From Curvularia clavata (lineage: Eukaryota), in contig CP089274.1 in NCBI GenBank assembly GCA_023920165.1, positions 4,154,001-4,218,000 on the forward strand: a stretch of DNA of 64,000 nt, written 5' to 3'. The position numbers and the translations under genes are program-made. The stretch's first letter is position 1, and every line of letters starts with the position of its first letter. The notes under the pieces were generated by a model, which was not told the DNA's origin, made no database searches, and was given only the letters and a program-made list of their open reading frames with translations. Below are positions 54,679 through 64,000 of this stretch, piece after piece.

Positions 54679-55235
54679 ACGAGGTGTGATGAAAGCGGGG
54701 GAGTTGTAATTGAGACGGTTTAGCGGGGACTACGTTTAACATTTTCCTTTACAAATGGGAGGGTTTTTTCTTTCTTCTCTGTTCCATATCATAGCTTTTC
54801 AGCAAGCAAATGGCACGCGCAGTGGCGCTGGGGCGGGTTGTGCAACGGAACATATAACCGTGTAACTTCCTTGCGGGAAAAAGCACTTTTTAACCTGGAA
54901 ATATCGTTGACCCTGTTTTGTCCCCGTATTCTTATCTATCTGTCATGTGGGGGAAGCGTTGCGCACGACTCATGGGATCTACACACGGCACAGACTAGAT
55001 GAAACATAAGAGTTCAAATTCGTATTGCAATAATGATCATGCACGTCTATCACCACCAAGACTAGGACAAGATGCAAAAATGCAGTCAAGAAGCAATGGC
55101 GAAAATCAACCTAGTCTATCTGGCATGCTCCAACACTAAATGCAAGAAACCAAAAGAGTGTAGAAAGTGAGGAAACGATAACAAAATGAGAAGAGGTCTC
55201 GTAACTTGGCTTACATTGCCATCCCCCATGCAAGC

Positions 55236-56573
55236 TCAACCAACCCACTCACGAGCCTGCACACGCTCTTCGCGGCGGTGAATGTCGTTTGCTGCTTCGT
55301 GGACGATGGCGGGAGTCCAATGCGGTGGAGTGTAATGATAAAGGCTTGTGAACCTATCAGCAGCTGCCTGGATGCTGTTGTCCTCTTGAGTCGTTCCCGC
55401 TGAAGTCTCTGGAGCTGGGGCTTCAGAGGTTGTTTGGGGTGCTGCTGATGGAGTGCTCTCCTGGTCAGAAGACTGGCGGGGGAGAACGTGAGGACGAGGA
55501 ACGGGCGCAGTTCCCTCGATGGGTGTGTCGTCCCCAGCAAATGCCTCTCGTTTCCTCCCGATCAGTGGTGGATTACCACCATCACTAACATCACTCGCCT
55601 GCTCATGGACGATGGCTCCAAGTGGGATGAGGCCGCGTTTCCTCCACACTCCGGAAGCTGGGTTGTGGATAATCATATCGTTAGGGGCATTCGCCCTAGA
55701 TTGACCTTCTAGTGAGCCTACAGAGCTGACGTCTCGTTTACTCCCAGCGGGCGGCTTCTCACCACCGTTACTGACATCAGACGCTTGCTGGTGGGCTATG
55801 GGTCCACTTGGCAGGGAAATAATTGGCCTTATGTCGCGTTTTCTCCACACCCCGGTAGCCGGATTGTGAATAATCACGTCGTTGATGGAATTGGCATTGG
55901 ACTGCCCTTGTAGTGAGGACACAGGGTTAGAATCTCGTTTTCTCCCAGCGAGCGGTTCGTCACCACCTTCACTGACATCACTCGCCTGCTGGTGGACTAT
56001 AGCTCCAACTGGCAGCGTGCCGCGTTTCCGCCACACGCCAGACGCTGGTTTGTGGGTGACAGAGTCGTAGTTTGCACTAGCCTGGTCTTCCACGATCCCA
56101 TTAGCAGCACCATCGTTATGGGTTCCTGTTGGCATCTCTTGGCGGGCGTAGATGTCATTTGTCTTATGATGGGTCTCGATCCAATGGCCCTTGGTAACAG
56201 CTTCCAATGGTAGGCGACGGTAGATCCCATTCGCTCTTTCATGAGTGTCAGGACCGTCCCCATTACACCGCTGGTTCCGTACAGATCTGTGCTCGATAAG
56301 TATCTCATCATCTCTTACTACAGTGGGCTAGAACGTACGCCGGTATGCCTGTTATGCCCGGTCTCTGGCAAGGATCGCAAACTTTCAATCTCTCCTGCCT
56401 GGTCTCCGTCAATATCTATACAGTCAAACACAATTGCTGGATTCAACTTACCAGGATATAGTGGTGTCAATACACATCGGTGGGTTTATAGGGTCGTCCG
56501 GTGTGGGTGCTGCTATGACTTGCAATGAGATCATACTAGCAAGCACCACGTAGGCAAAGCATTTTTGCACCAT
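55236..56573 (-). CDS. Secreted Kex2-processed repeat protein (KEP) / multi-peptide precursor, 3 exons, ~410 aa
   Basis: ATG 56573; exons 56573-56452, 56398-56339 and 56286-55236 splice in frame. Signal peptide MVQKCFAYVVLASMISLQVIA-AP. Six RKR/SKR sites separate alternating repeat modules. Confidence 0.85.
55545..56070 (-). repeat. Tandem ~190-200 bp coding repeat units in the KEP gene
   Basis: Recurrent H(N/K)PA(S/T)GVWRKR and H(Q/E)QASDVS(E/N/D)GG..P..G(R/S)KR blocks, three copies each. Confidence 0.85.
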
Positions 56574-56770
56574 CTTTACGAGGGCTTATGGCACTCTTGA
56601 TGATCGACAAGAAGAAAAATGAAGGTGCTTAGAGGAGTTGTTGAATCGGAAGTCTTGGGGAAAATCGACTTTTTCCAAGTAAGCCGCTCGTCGTGTTCGA
56701 TGTGAACTCAATGGACTAGTGTTGAACGTGATTGTCCAGCTTGATTTATGCTCAAGAATGCATTCCTCTC

Positions 56771-56776
56771 TTTATA
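56771..56776 (-). promoter_or_regulatory. Putative TATA box of the KEP gene
   Basis: TATAAA on the minus strand ~200 nt upstream of ATG 56573. Confidence 0.45.
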
Positions 56777-57581
56777 GTGCCTTCAATGTCCTGGTCGATG
56801 AGCAGGTTCAAGCAACGGAACGCCAGTGTCGTTCCTCCTCATCAACCCAACTCCGTGATCGTCCTTCAGGCCAACCCTCTCACCATTAGAAAGCATGCAT
56901 CAGCGCAAGATTGGAGTGTTCGCCCCTCAGCTTTTGCGCCATGTCTTTCCGTCTTTCTCAATTTGGCTCCATGGAGAGGCGGGTCGAGGACGGGATGAGA
57001 GTAGGATGCAAGAGTATGCAAGACCATGCAAGATCGGCTTCGAATAGAAACAACCTAGTTCATAATGAATCTACTTGGATAATTGCCGTTAGAAACGATG
57101 AAACTAGTTCGGAAGCGAGGCTCCCGACACCCAGGTTTGAGATCGGGGTTCCTTGGCGTGGCGTTTGGCCCCCGGTCGGCTATGTAAAGGGTTGATGATT
57201 AAGCGACCAACACGATGACCTACTCCGAATAATTGGGGGCCGTACGCTAAAGTCAGCTCTTTGACTTGCGACTACTCCAAACTTGAGTTAATCACTCGAA
57301 AATGGTAGTACACGTGCTAGTCAGGGCCAGCCGTAATGGGGCCGAGACACAGTAATGTTGTAACTAGAGCCGCGTGTCTTGGACAGTAGCGAAGCACTAT
57401 TCGTCCTCAGTGAAAATCGAAGTAATCGGCTCTATCCGTCTGGCCTTATCGGAATTTCATGACCTTCTTGTTTGATATCAGCTTCACCGTAGCTGGGGTT
57501 GTCAGACGACGCAGTGTCGAACGGCCCAGATCGATAAACTGATAGCTTGGTAACGCCTATCAGAAACCTCCATCACACTTT

Positions 57582-59514
57582 GTGTTTTCGTATGACCCAT
57601 ATATCTTCCGTATTCTACTGCTCCTAGTATTAGTATTCCTTTTCAACCGTTCAGAAATCTACGCTTAGACATACCGGTGCGTGTTGTCGTTTCCAAGCGG
57701 GATGTTGTCAGCCCGGTCTTCTCGTCCAGTGGCGAGTGCAACGCCAATCTCCTTTTCGCCGTCCCAATACTTTGATGGAAACGATGGAAAATGGTCCACA
57801 TTCATGGTGCGCGCAGGTACACCGGAGCAGACTTTTCGTGTTCTGCCATCAACGGTCACCAGCGAAACATTCCTTCCAATGGCTGGGGCATGCAAAGACA
57901 ATCAGACAATAAGCAAGGTTGGATTGCCCCGTTTCTCAACCTAAGAGTTTTGACTGATGCTTATTTAGCAAGATTGCATGTACTCGCGTGGTGCGGAAAT
58001 CTACCAGGGCAGACCAAACGATGGATTCCAAGCAGATCTGTCCAGTACATGGCATGAGATCGGTATCTACCGTACCGAGACGCGATCAGAACTGGGCTAC
58101 AATGCTTCTGGTCTATATGGTCTTGATACTTTGGGATTAATGGTTGCCAACTCAGGGGGGCCCACTCTTGAGAACCAAACGATCGGAGCGGTCGTAAACC
58201 CACGCTTGTGGCTTGGGCGACTGGGTATGGATGACAAGCCGAACAACTTTTCCGATTTCGACAACCCACAACGGAGTTTGATAAAGACTTTGAAAGAGGA
58301 AGGACTCATACCCAGCTTAAGTTATGGGTATACAGCTGGAGCATATTACAGTAAGTTGAAACGCCTACGCTGTGATTTGAAGGCATAAAAGACTTACAGT
58401 TCATCTAGAACAGCCGAGCATGTTCGGCAGCTTAACCTGGGGTGGTTACGACCAGTCTCGATTCGTTCCAAACAACATCACATTCCCCTTTGACGCCAAC
58501 GACAGTCGTAAGCCTAGCTTGAGCTTGCAGTGGATAACAACACAGAATATCACTGGCCAGTCTGTCAGTATTCTGCAAGAGAGGGCACCGTATATGCTGG
58601 TCGATTTCGCAGAGTCTCAGATATGGCTCCCAGTATCTGCCTGCGACCAGTTTGCAACGGCGTTCAATTTGACATACGACAACACCACAGATCTCTACTT
58701 GGTCGACGCGTCGACACATGCAAAGCTCGTGCAACAAAACCCAAATATAACCTTCAGATTTGGTCAATCTGCATCCGACCCCACAACTCAAGTGGATGTC
58801 GTGCTCCCCTATAGCGCATTTGATCAGCAAGCTTCATTTCCCATTTACGAAAATGCAACCAACTATTTCCCCATAAGACGGGCATATAACGAAACCCAGT
58901 ACACCTTGGGGCGTACATTCTTCCAAGAGGCGTATATCAAGATGGACTATGAGCGACAACATTTCTCAATCCATCAAGCATTGTTCCCAGCAGCCAATGA
59001 AAAGCAGCAGCTTATTCCAATATCGAGTATTGAAGCAGCGGTTGCACCCGTCGAGAAGCGTTTGAGCAAAGGCGCTATAGCAGGAATATCAATAGGCAGC
59101 TTCCTGCTGTTAGTAATAATGTCACTCCTGGGATTCTGGTTTTGTCGCCGAAGAAGAAGAAGAAGAAGATCTAAGAACCAGTCTGAGCCTGAAATCGAGG
59201 CTCCAAAGGTGGAGTGTGGTGGACAGGAGAAGGTAGAGTGCGACGGGCAGCAAAAGGTAGAGACCGAAGGTGTGGCTATCTTTGAGAAAGACGGGCTACC
59301 GTACGCGGAGATGGAAGGGCACATCTTCCCGGAATTATACGGCGGCGAACCGGAAGGCGAAAGGGACGTACCTGATATCCATATTCAAAAAGCAGATATG
59401 GATACGGTTTTCGAGTTGTACGAGAGTACTGACAACAACAGACGGTTCAGTTATGAAGAAACTACGTCTACTGTGTTTGAGCAAGAGGGGTGCCCTTCAA
59501 AAGGACAGCAATAA
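57582..59514 (+). CDS. Membrane-anchored pepsin-like (A1) aspartic peptidase homologue; 5' end degenerate
   Basis: PSQYFDGNDGKWSTF.VRAGTP.Q.FRVLPST, IPSLSYGYTAGAYY, GSLTWGGYD.SRF, YTLGRTFFQEAY, a TM helix GAIAGISIGSFLLLVIMSLLGFWF and a poly-Arg stop-transfer. Introns ~57918-57968 and ~58350-58407. The signal-like segment is cut off by a TAG at 57666. Confidence 0.8.
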
Positions 59515-59902
59515 CATCCCTTGATAGCTAGGCAATATATTGTTTAGAAAGTTAAAAGTTCCTTTTTATAGTTGTATGGCTAAAACAGAGAATCAACATG
59601 AAGTACATGACTAACATCAAGACTGAGCGTACCTGAAACTTATAATGCGTTGTGCAAATATCCAGACATAGATATTCTATGCCATAGATGCCTTCCGCTG
59701 CTTTGCACGCGGCAAACAGACTACAAAGATTTGGTGACATCAGAGAATGGTGGTGAAGCGGTCCGTAAAAGCTAAATACGTTTATCAACTGTGAATTCGT
59801 TAGCTGAACAGAAATCTGCAGTGAAAGTTCGGTTGGCCACTACGGGTATTTAGGCTCAACCCCAGCTCCCTTACACACACTCCTTCTCAACAACCTCTGG
59901 AG

Positions 59903-60718
59903 ATGGCTCAATTTGATGAAATTAGATTCAGTCTGATCCCTAAGACAGCACCGCCAACGGCATTGTCAAATAGGAGTCAGAGCAGTATCCTCATCAATGA
60001 TGTTAAGTGGCAATCAACCTTGCCGGATAGTCGACGTTCCCAATTACCACAGGGTAAACGTACCAGAACTTTCCCGCTCGAAGAAGCCGAGAGATATTAT
60101 AAGTGAGACGGCAACCGTGGCCGCAGCCGTTCACCTGCTGTCATCGAAGACCAAAAGTATATTGCTGCTACCGAGAACGAGCTCAATATCAAGATGAGCG
60201 ATGCGAGAATTTGGAAACGTCCAAGTATCCGTATAGTTGTAATTACGAAAATAATTGGTACTATGAGGATGATCAGTAAAGTAAGTTGACAAAAAGCTCT
60301 TTGAAACTATTACCAATAACAACTTCGTCCCCATAAAAGTGGGAAGAATGACAATATCGAAGAATGCCTCGAGAAAGCAAGCACTGAAAGTTGCTATCGG
60401 TGCGGAGATCCTAGTTATACAACGTGCAATTGTGATTTGGACACCGACGACGATGTCGGTAGAAGGTGTTTTGAAAGTGCCCCAGAGGCAAACTCGCCGC
60501 TTGTCGATGAAAACAGCGTTCCTATACCGCCAACAGTGTATGACCTTCGCGCATATAGCCAACACGTCCTCTCAAATGACATGAATCGGCCTACAAGTGA
60601 GCGATTCGTCAATGGATACAATGACAAATTTTTGCCATCCAATTATGCATTTGATCTCCGTCACAACTTTGATCTCTGCTACGCCACTTTCGTGACGTCC
60701 AGTTCCTCTGACAAGTGA
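59903..60718 (+). pseudogene. Degenerate ORF with a decayed CCHC zinc-knuckle-like motif
   Basis: ORFs 59903..60106 and 60437..60718 share a frame, separated by stops and a possible GTAAGT intron at ~60281. CYRCGDPSYTTCNC lies at 60392-60433. Confidence 0.35.
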
Positions 60719-61001
60719 CTGAAATGTCCTTGGCTTCATCATCCCTTGACAAAGGCGGAGCGGGATTGGATCGATAACATGGGAAGTGACTGTCTAAGAA
60801 TGATCTTGGAGGATGTTAACAGGTTCCGGCATCCCCGATGTGCCGCTACCTCGTTGCGACATGCAGACTGTGGAGGGTAGTTGAGATATAGCCTAGATGT
60901 TACTGGTGGTATATAGAGACCAGTTGTATGTGGAGGATACATGGCATTGGAAGATCCGTAGTATAACTCCTCTATATGTTTCCAAACCGTAGCTCCTGGA
61001 T

Positions 61002-62354
61002 TCATTTTGAGTATAATAAAGTCCCACCACGTGTAAGATACCAGCCGCGTATATCATCAATCCCTTGCAAGGAGATGAGGAGCATATTGGCAAAAACATC
61101 CAGGTCATCCGGTTGCGCATTCTCCAAGATGTAAGAGAAATCCAAGTCCTTGACAACGAAATGATTCTTTGTGTTCCAACTCATGGCGAAATCAACCGCG
61201 TTGGTGGCATTCCAAAGGTGTGCAGATAATGTGATAGAGGATCCCAAAGAAACATTCTCTGAACATTTTGTCATCCGTCCACTAAGAAGATTACACATGA
61301 CAGTGATTTGGAATGCCGAAAGAAGCGTCCGTCGAGTTGACTCTCGAAAAATATACGATTTCCATGCCGAGTAAGCTGCGGTGGTGGGATAAAGCGGAAG
61401 TGGGCCTACAGGCTCATTCTCCTCGGCAGCAATTGGTAGTAGCAGTGCACCCATGTATTCAAGGCATGGTAGCAACGCCTTGGCTTGTGCATAAAAGCGA
61501 AAGTCCCCTCCAAATACAAGCATGATCTGGTATAGCATGATTGCATGTGTTCGGGCCAAGATTTCAAGCGGTGAATCGGGCACAGGGGCGTTGATCAAGT
61601 CCTCTACACGACTCTGGATATACCGCGCGACGCGCTCAGCATTGGTCTGGTTTTTGACAATATAAAGTGCACATGCAGCGTAGGCATCCTCCAAGGAACG
61701 CGGCATGTGGTCTTCCCAGAGCATTGGGTGCATCCACGGGGTGCAGTTCCGCTCCACCATCATTCTTGGGACAAGCTTTATATTCTCGACAGCGTACTCC
61801 ATCCTCGCCTTGGCAAACGACGAAAGGTGTGCCAATGAAAACGAATGTTTCGATTGCACATGGCTTGTTTGAAGTGTCATTTGATTTTCGGCATCTGGTG
61901 ATTGTCGCAGTACAGCCGAAAGGGGGTTGGTGCAGCTTGTGCTAGCTGGGAAATCGAAGTCCAGGAAATCCGAAGTGGAAGCCGTCGCAATAGCTGACAT
62001 GTCGAAATCGAAATCAAGGTTGGCATTTTGTTCTTCTGAGATGTCCAAATGTAGCTGGGCATTATCGAGGCTGGTGTCATTGTCGGGCGTGGTATCATGC
62101 GGAGTTGCGGTTTGCGTGCGAGGCTGCGGTGGATAAATACAAGAGACGTGCCGTCGGATGCATCGTATACAATCTGGTTGCTCCAAGCCACATTTACGTT
62201 TAGATTTGGCGCACTCAGCGCACGACTTTTGTCGGCCCTGAGAATTGACCGTTCTCGTCCGATCTACTGGCATGATGCAGGGCTTGGCGTGGGTGTTCGG
62301 ACGAGGCGTGTTACTAGGCGATGTACCAGTGCTGACATTGATGGCGCCTGCCAT
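61002..62354 (-). CDS. Zn(II)2Cys6 transcription factor
   Basis: RQKSCAECAKSKRKCGLEQPDCIRCIRRHVSCIYP, plus TPWMHP.LW, LARTHAIMLYQIM and W.SYIFRESTRRT. The start may be the Met of MPVDRTR. Confidence 0.9.
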   Translation of the reverse strand: MAGAINVSTGTSPSNTPRPNTHAKPCIMPVDRTRTVNSQGRQKSCAECAKSKRKCGLEQPDCIRCIRRHVSCIYPPQPRTQTATPHDTTPDNDTSLDNAQLHLDISEEQNANLDFDFDMSAIATASTSDFLDFDFPASTSCTNPLSAVLRQSPDAENQMTLQTSHVQSKHSFSLAHLSSFAKARMEYAVENIKLVPRMMVERNCTPWMHPMLWEDHMPRSLEDAYAACALYIVKNQTNAERVARYIQSRVEDLINAPVPDSPLEILARTHAIMLYQIMLVFGGDFRFYAQAKALLPCLEYMGALLLPIAAEENEPVGPLPLYPTTAAYSAWKSYIFRESTRRTLLSAFQITVMCNLLSGRMTKCSENVSLGSSITLSAHLWNATNAVDFAMSWNTKNHFVVKDLDFSYILENAQPDDLDVFANMLLISLQGIDDIRGWYLTRGGTLLYSK

Positions 62355-63098
62355 CGTTACTCAGCATGGGATGCCTTAAACCGAACTCCGCCACGACATT
62401 AACAATTGCAATTTCCATACATATCTCCGTGTTCGTATGCATCATGAACCACTCGAATGCTCCACTATGAGCCCCATTTACATCAACGACGACCAGAAAC
62501 GCTCGTTAACAGCCAATGTGGGGCTGCACATCTGCGGAATTCCGCTCACTCGCTTGGAGTGAACTTCTATCATGGTCCTGTTCATTGAACATGTTCTGGC
62601 GCCATGTTGTTATATCTCTAATATATTTGAATAAATTGGTGCACCCACTGAATTATACCTTGATAATATCTGCATTACCCTGCCCACAGCTTAAAGTTCC
62701 TTCTAATAACGGATTCCAATGCCTATGAACGATACAATCCCCACAATTGTCGAGATTGCTGATTTCCAAACAACCAAATTCGTAGTGGCGTTCTAAATGG
62801 ATCAGGTTTGTCACGCCGCTCAATGGCTTTGTTTACAAGCGACTGTCAACCCCAATAATAGAAAATGGTAGAGTATTTTGTAATGTTTGGTAATTTCCAT
62901 TGAGTAAAAGCTCTCGCATGGCTGTCCATTGAAGGACTCAGCAGCACTTGGTGCTGATGTACCTATTCATACATCTTCTCCACCTGGTCTCCCTCGTCGT
63001 TGCATTCTGTAAGCACTCTTTCCCGAACTTGGTATGTGTATAGTAATCTTCTCCACAGATTCGCGCATCTGACATTCTTGAAAGATTCAGAAGCCTGA

Positions 63099-64000
63099 CT
63101 AGAGGAGGGATGTCTCATCTTCAGGCCTTTGTCTACGAGCCTGCATCCAACTCTTGACATAGTACACCGCAAAGGCGACTATCACAGCAGAATGGAAAAT
63201 CACCGTTTCTGCGGCCTTGTCCAATGATTGCGAAACGGTCCTGGACGATCCTGTCTGCCTGCGTACCAAGCGACGCTCGTTCGGGGTGTTCCACCATGTC
63301 CACAACTTCTTAGCGGCTGCTGTAGCAACGGTAGCCAGGGCCCAAGTGCCACCAAAGATGATGGGAGCTCCGAAGCCACCCATCATTGCACTAGTACAGG
63401 TAGCGAATAGGGACCCGGCTACCACATTGCCGATTCCGGCCTGGATAGCGGCTGCTGCACTACCTATAACAAGTCAGAACTTCGGACTGAACCTCGGGTA
63501 TTGAGTGAATGAGACGTACCCGCTGCAACGCCACCTGGACCAAATCCAATAGCCAATAGAGTTATGGCAGCACATGCTGTAGCAACGAGCGGCACGACAA
63601 TGAGAGCGGTCTCCCATGGATGCTCCTGGGCCCAATCTTTCAAAGCCTTTGCGGCACCGATGACGCCTTTCTCCTTCAGTTGGTTGACAGCTGAGTTCAC
63701 TGAGTCTCGGGCCTGCAAGGCAGTCGCCTTGACCTTGCTTGCAGCCACTTTGGCCCCTTCTATAACCAGGCCAGATACATCACGACTGAAATTCTGGAGG
63801 CTTATGGCAATGCCATTATCTTTGTTCGGGTCCCTGCTATCGTTACTAACCCTGTCTCCGGGCTCTGAATTATTATGGGCTTCGTGAGCTTCAGCAACGT
63901 TGTCAACTTCGTGGTCGGTGCCATTCTCTGCATTCTCTGCATTCTCTGCATTCTCTGCATTCTCTGCATTCTCTGCATTCTCTGGCACCTGAGGTTCTGC
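63099..64000 (-). CDS. ISG12/IFI6-motif-like glycine-rich membrane protein (5' end outside the window)
   Basis: Intron 63464-63519 joins AIGFGPGGVAAG/SAAAAIQAGIGNVVAGSLFATCTSAMMGG, flanked by hydrophobic helices. Confidence 0.7.
63922..63984 (-). repeat. 9-bp perfect tandem repeat (CATTCTCTG)x7 encoding (AEN)n
   Basis: Directly visible, and in frame within the 63099.. gene. Confidence 0.95.

Noticed and set aside
55236..62354. Dikaritin/ustiloxin-type RiPP cluster or alpha-pheromone locus
   Set aside because: No DUF3328/UstYa, tyrosinase or transporter gene is seen nearby. The repeats are too long and lack the short W-C...C pattern typical of filamentous-ascomycete alpha-type pheromones.

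Overview
Eukaryotic DNA from a filamentous ascomycete (Pezizomycotina). GT-AG introns are short with CTRAC/CTRAY branch sites; Dothideomycete/Pleosporales is my inference from gene content. The window has three zones. (1) 1-15 kb is accessory-like: a RIP-scarred left edge, an orphan Ser-rich repeat protein, a fungal NLR-like NACHT gene broken by one in-frame TAG, and Dabb, 2EXR and GH29 fucosidase genes. (2) 15-40 kb is an intact housekeeping block: asteroid/XPG-like, PGM, OSH4/KES1, BPL1, MRPL28, RHO2, NST1, PCM1/AGM1 and a CSC1/OSCA channel. (3) 40-64 kb is mixed: a frameshifted F-box-like gene, an 11-exon Zn2Cys6 transcription factor that the ORF track misses, DUF7053-like, DAGK-like and single-TM genes, a second Zn2Cys6 TF and an ISG12/IFI6-like protein. 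The best candidate for a new system is at 55.2-59.5 kb. There a 3-exon secreted Kex2-processed repeat precursor encodes two alternating His-containing peptide types and sits head-to-head with a membrane-anchored, catalytically degenerate pepsin-like protein. I saw no tRNA, rRNA, CRISPR array or intact transposase. All family assignments come from motif recognition by eye; no searches were run.
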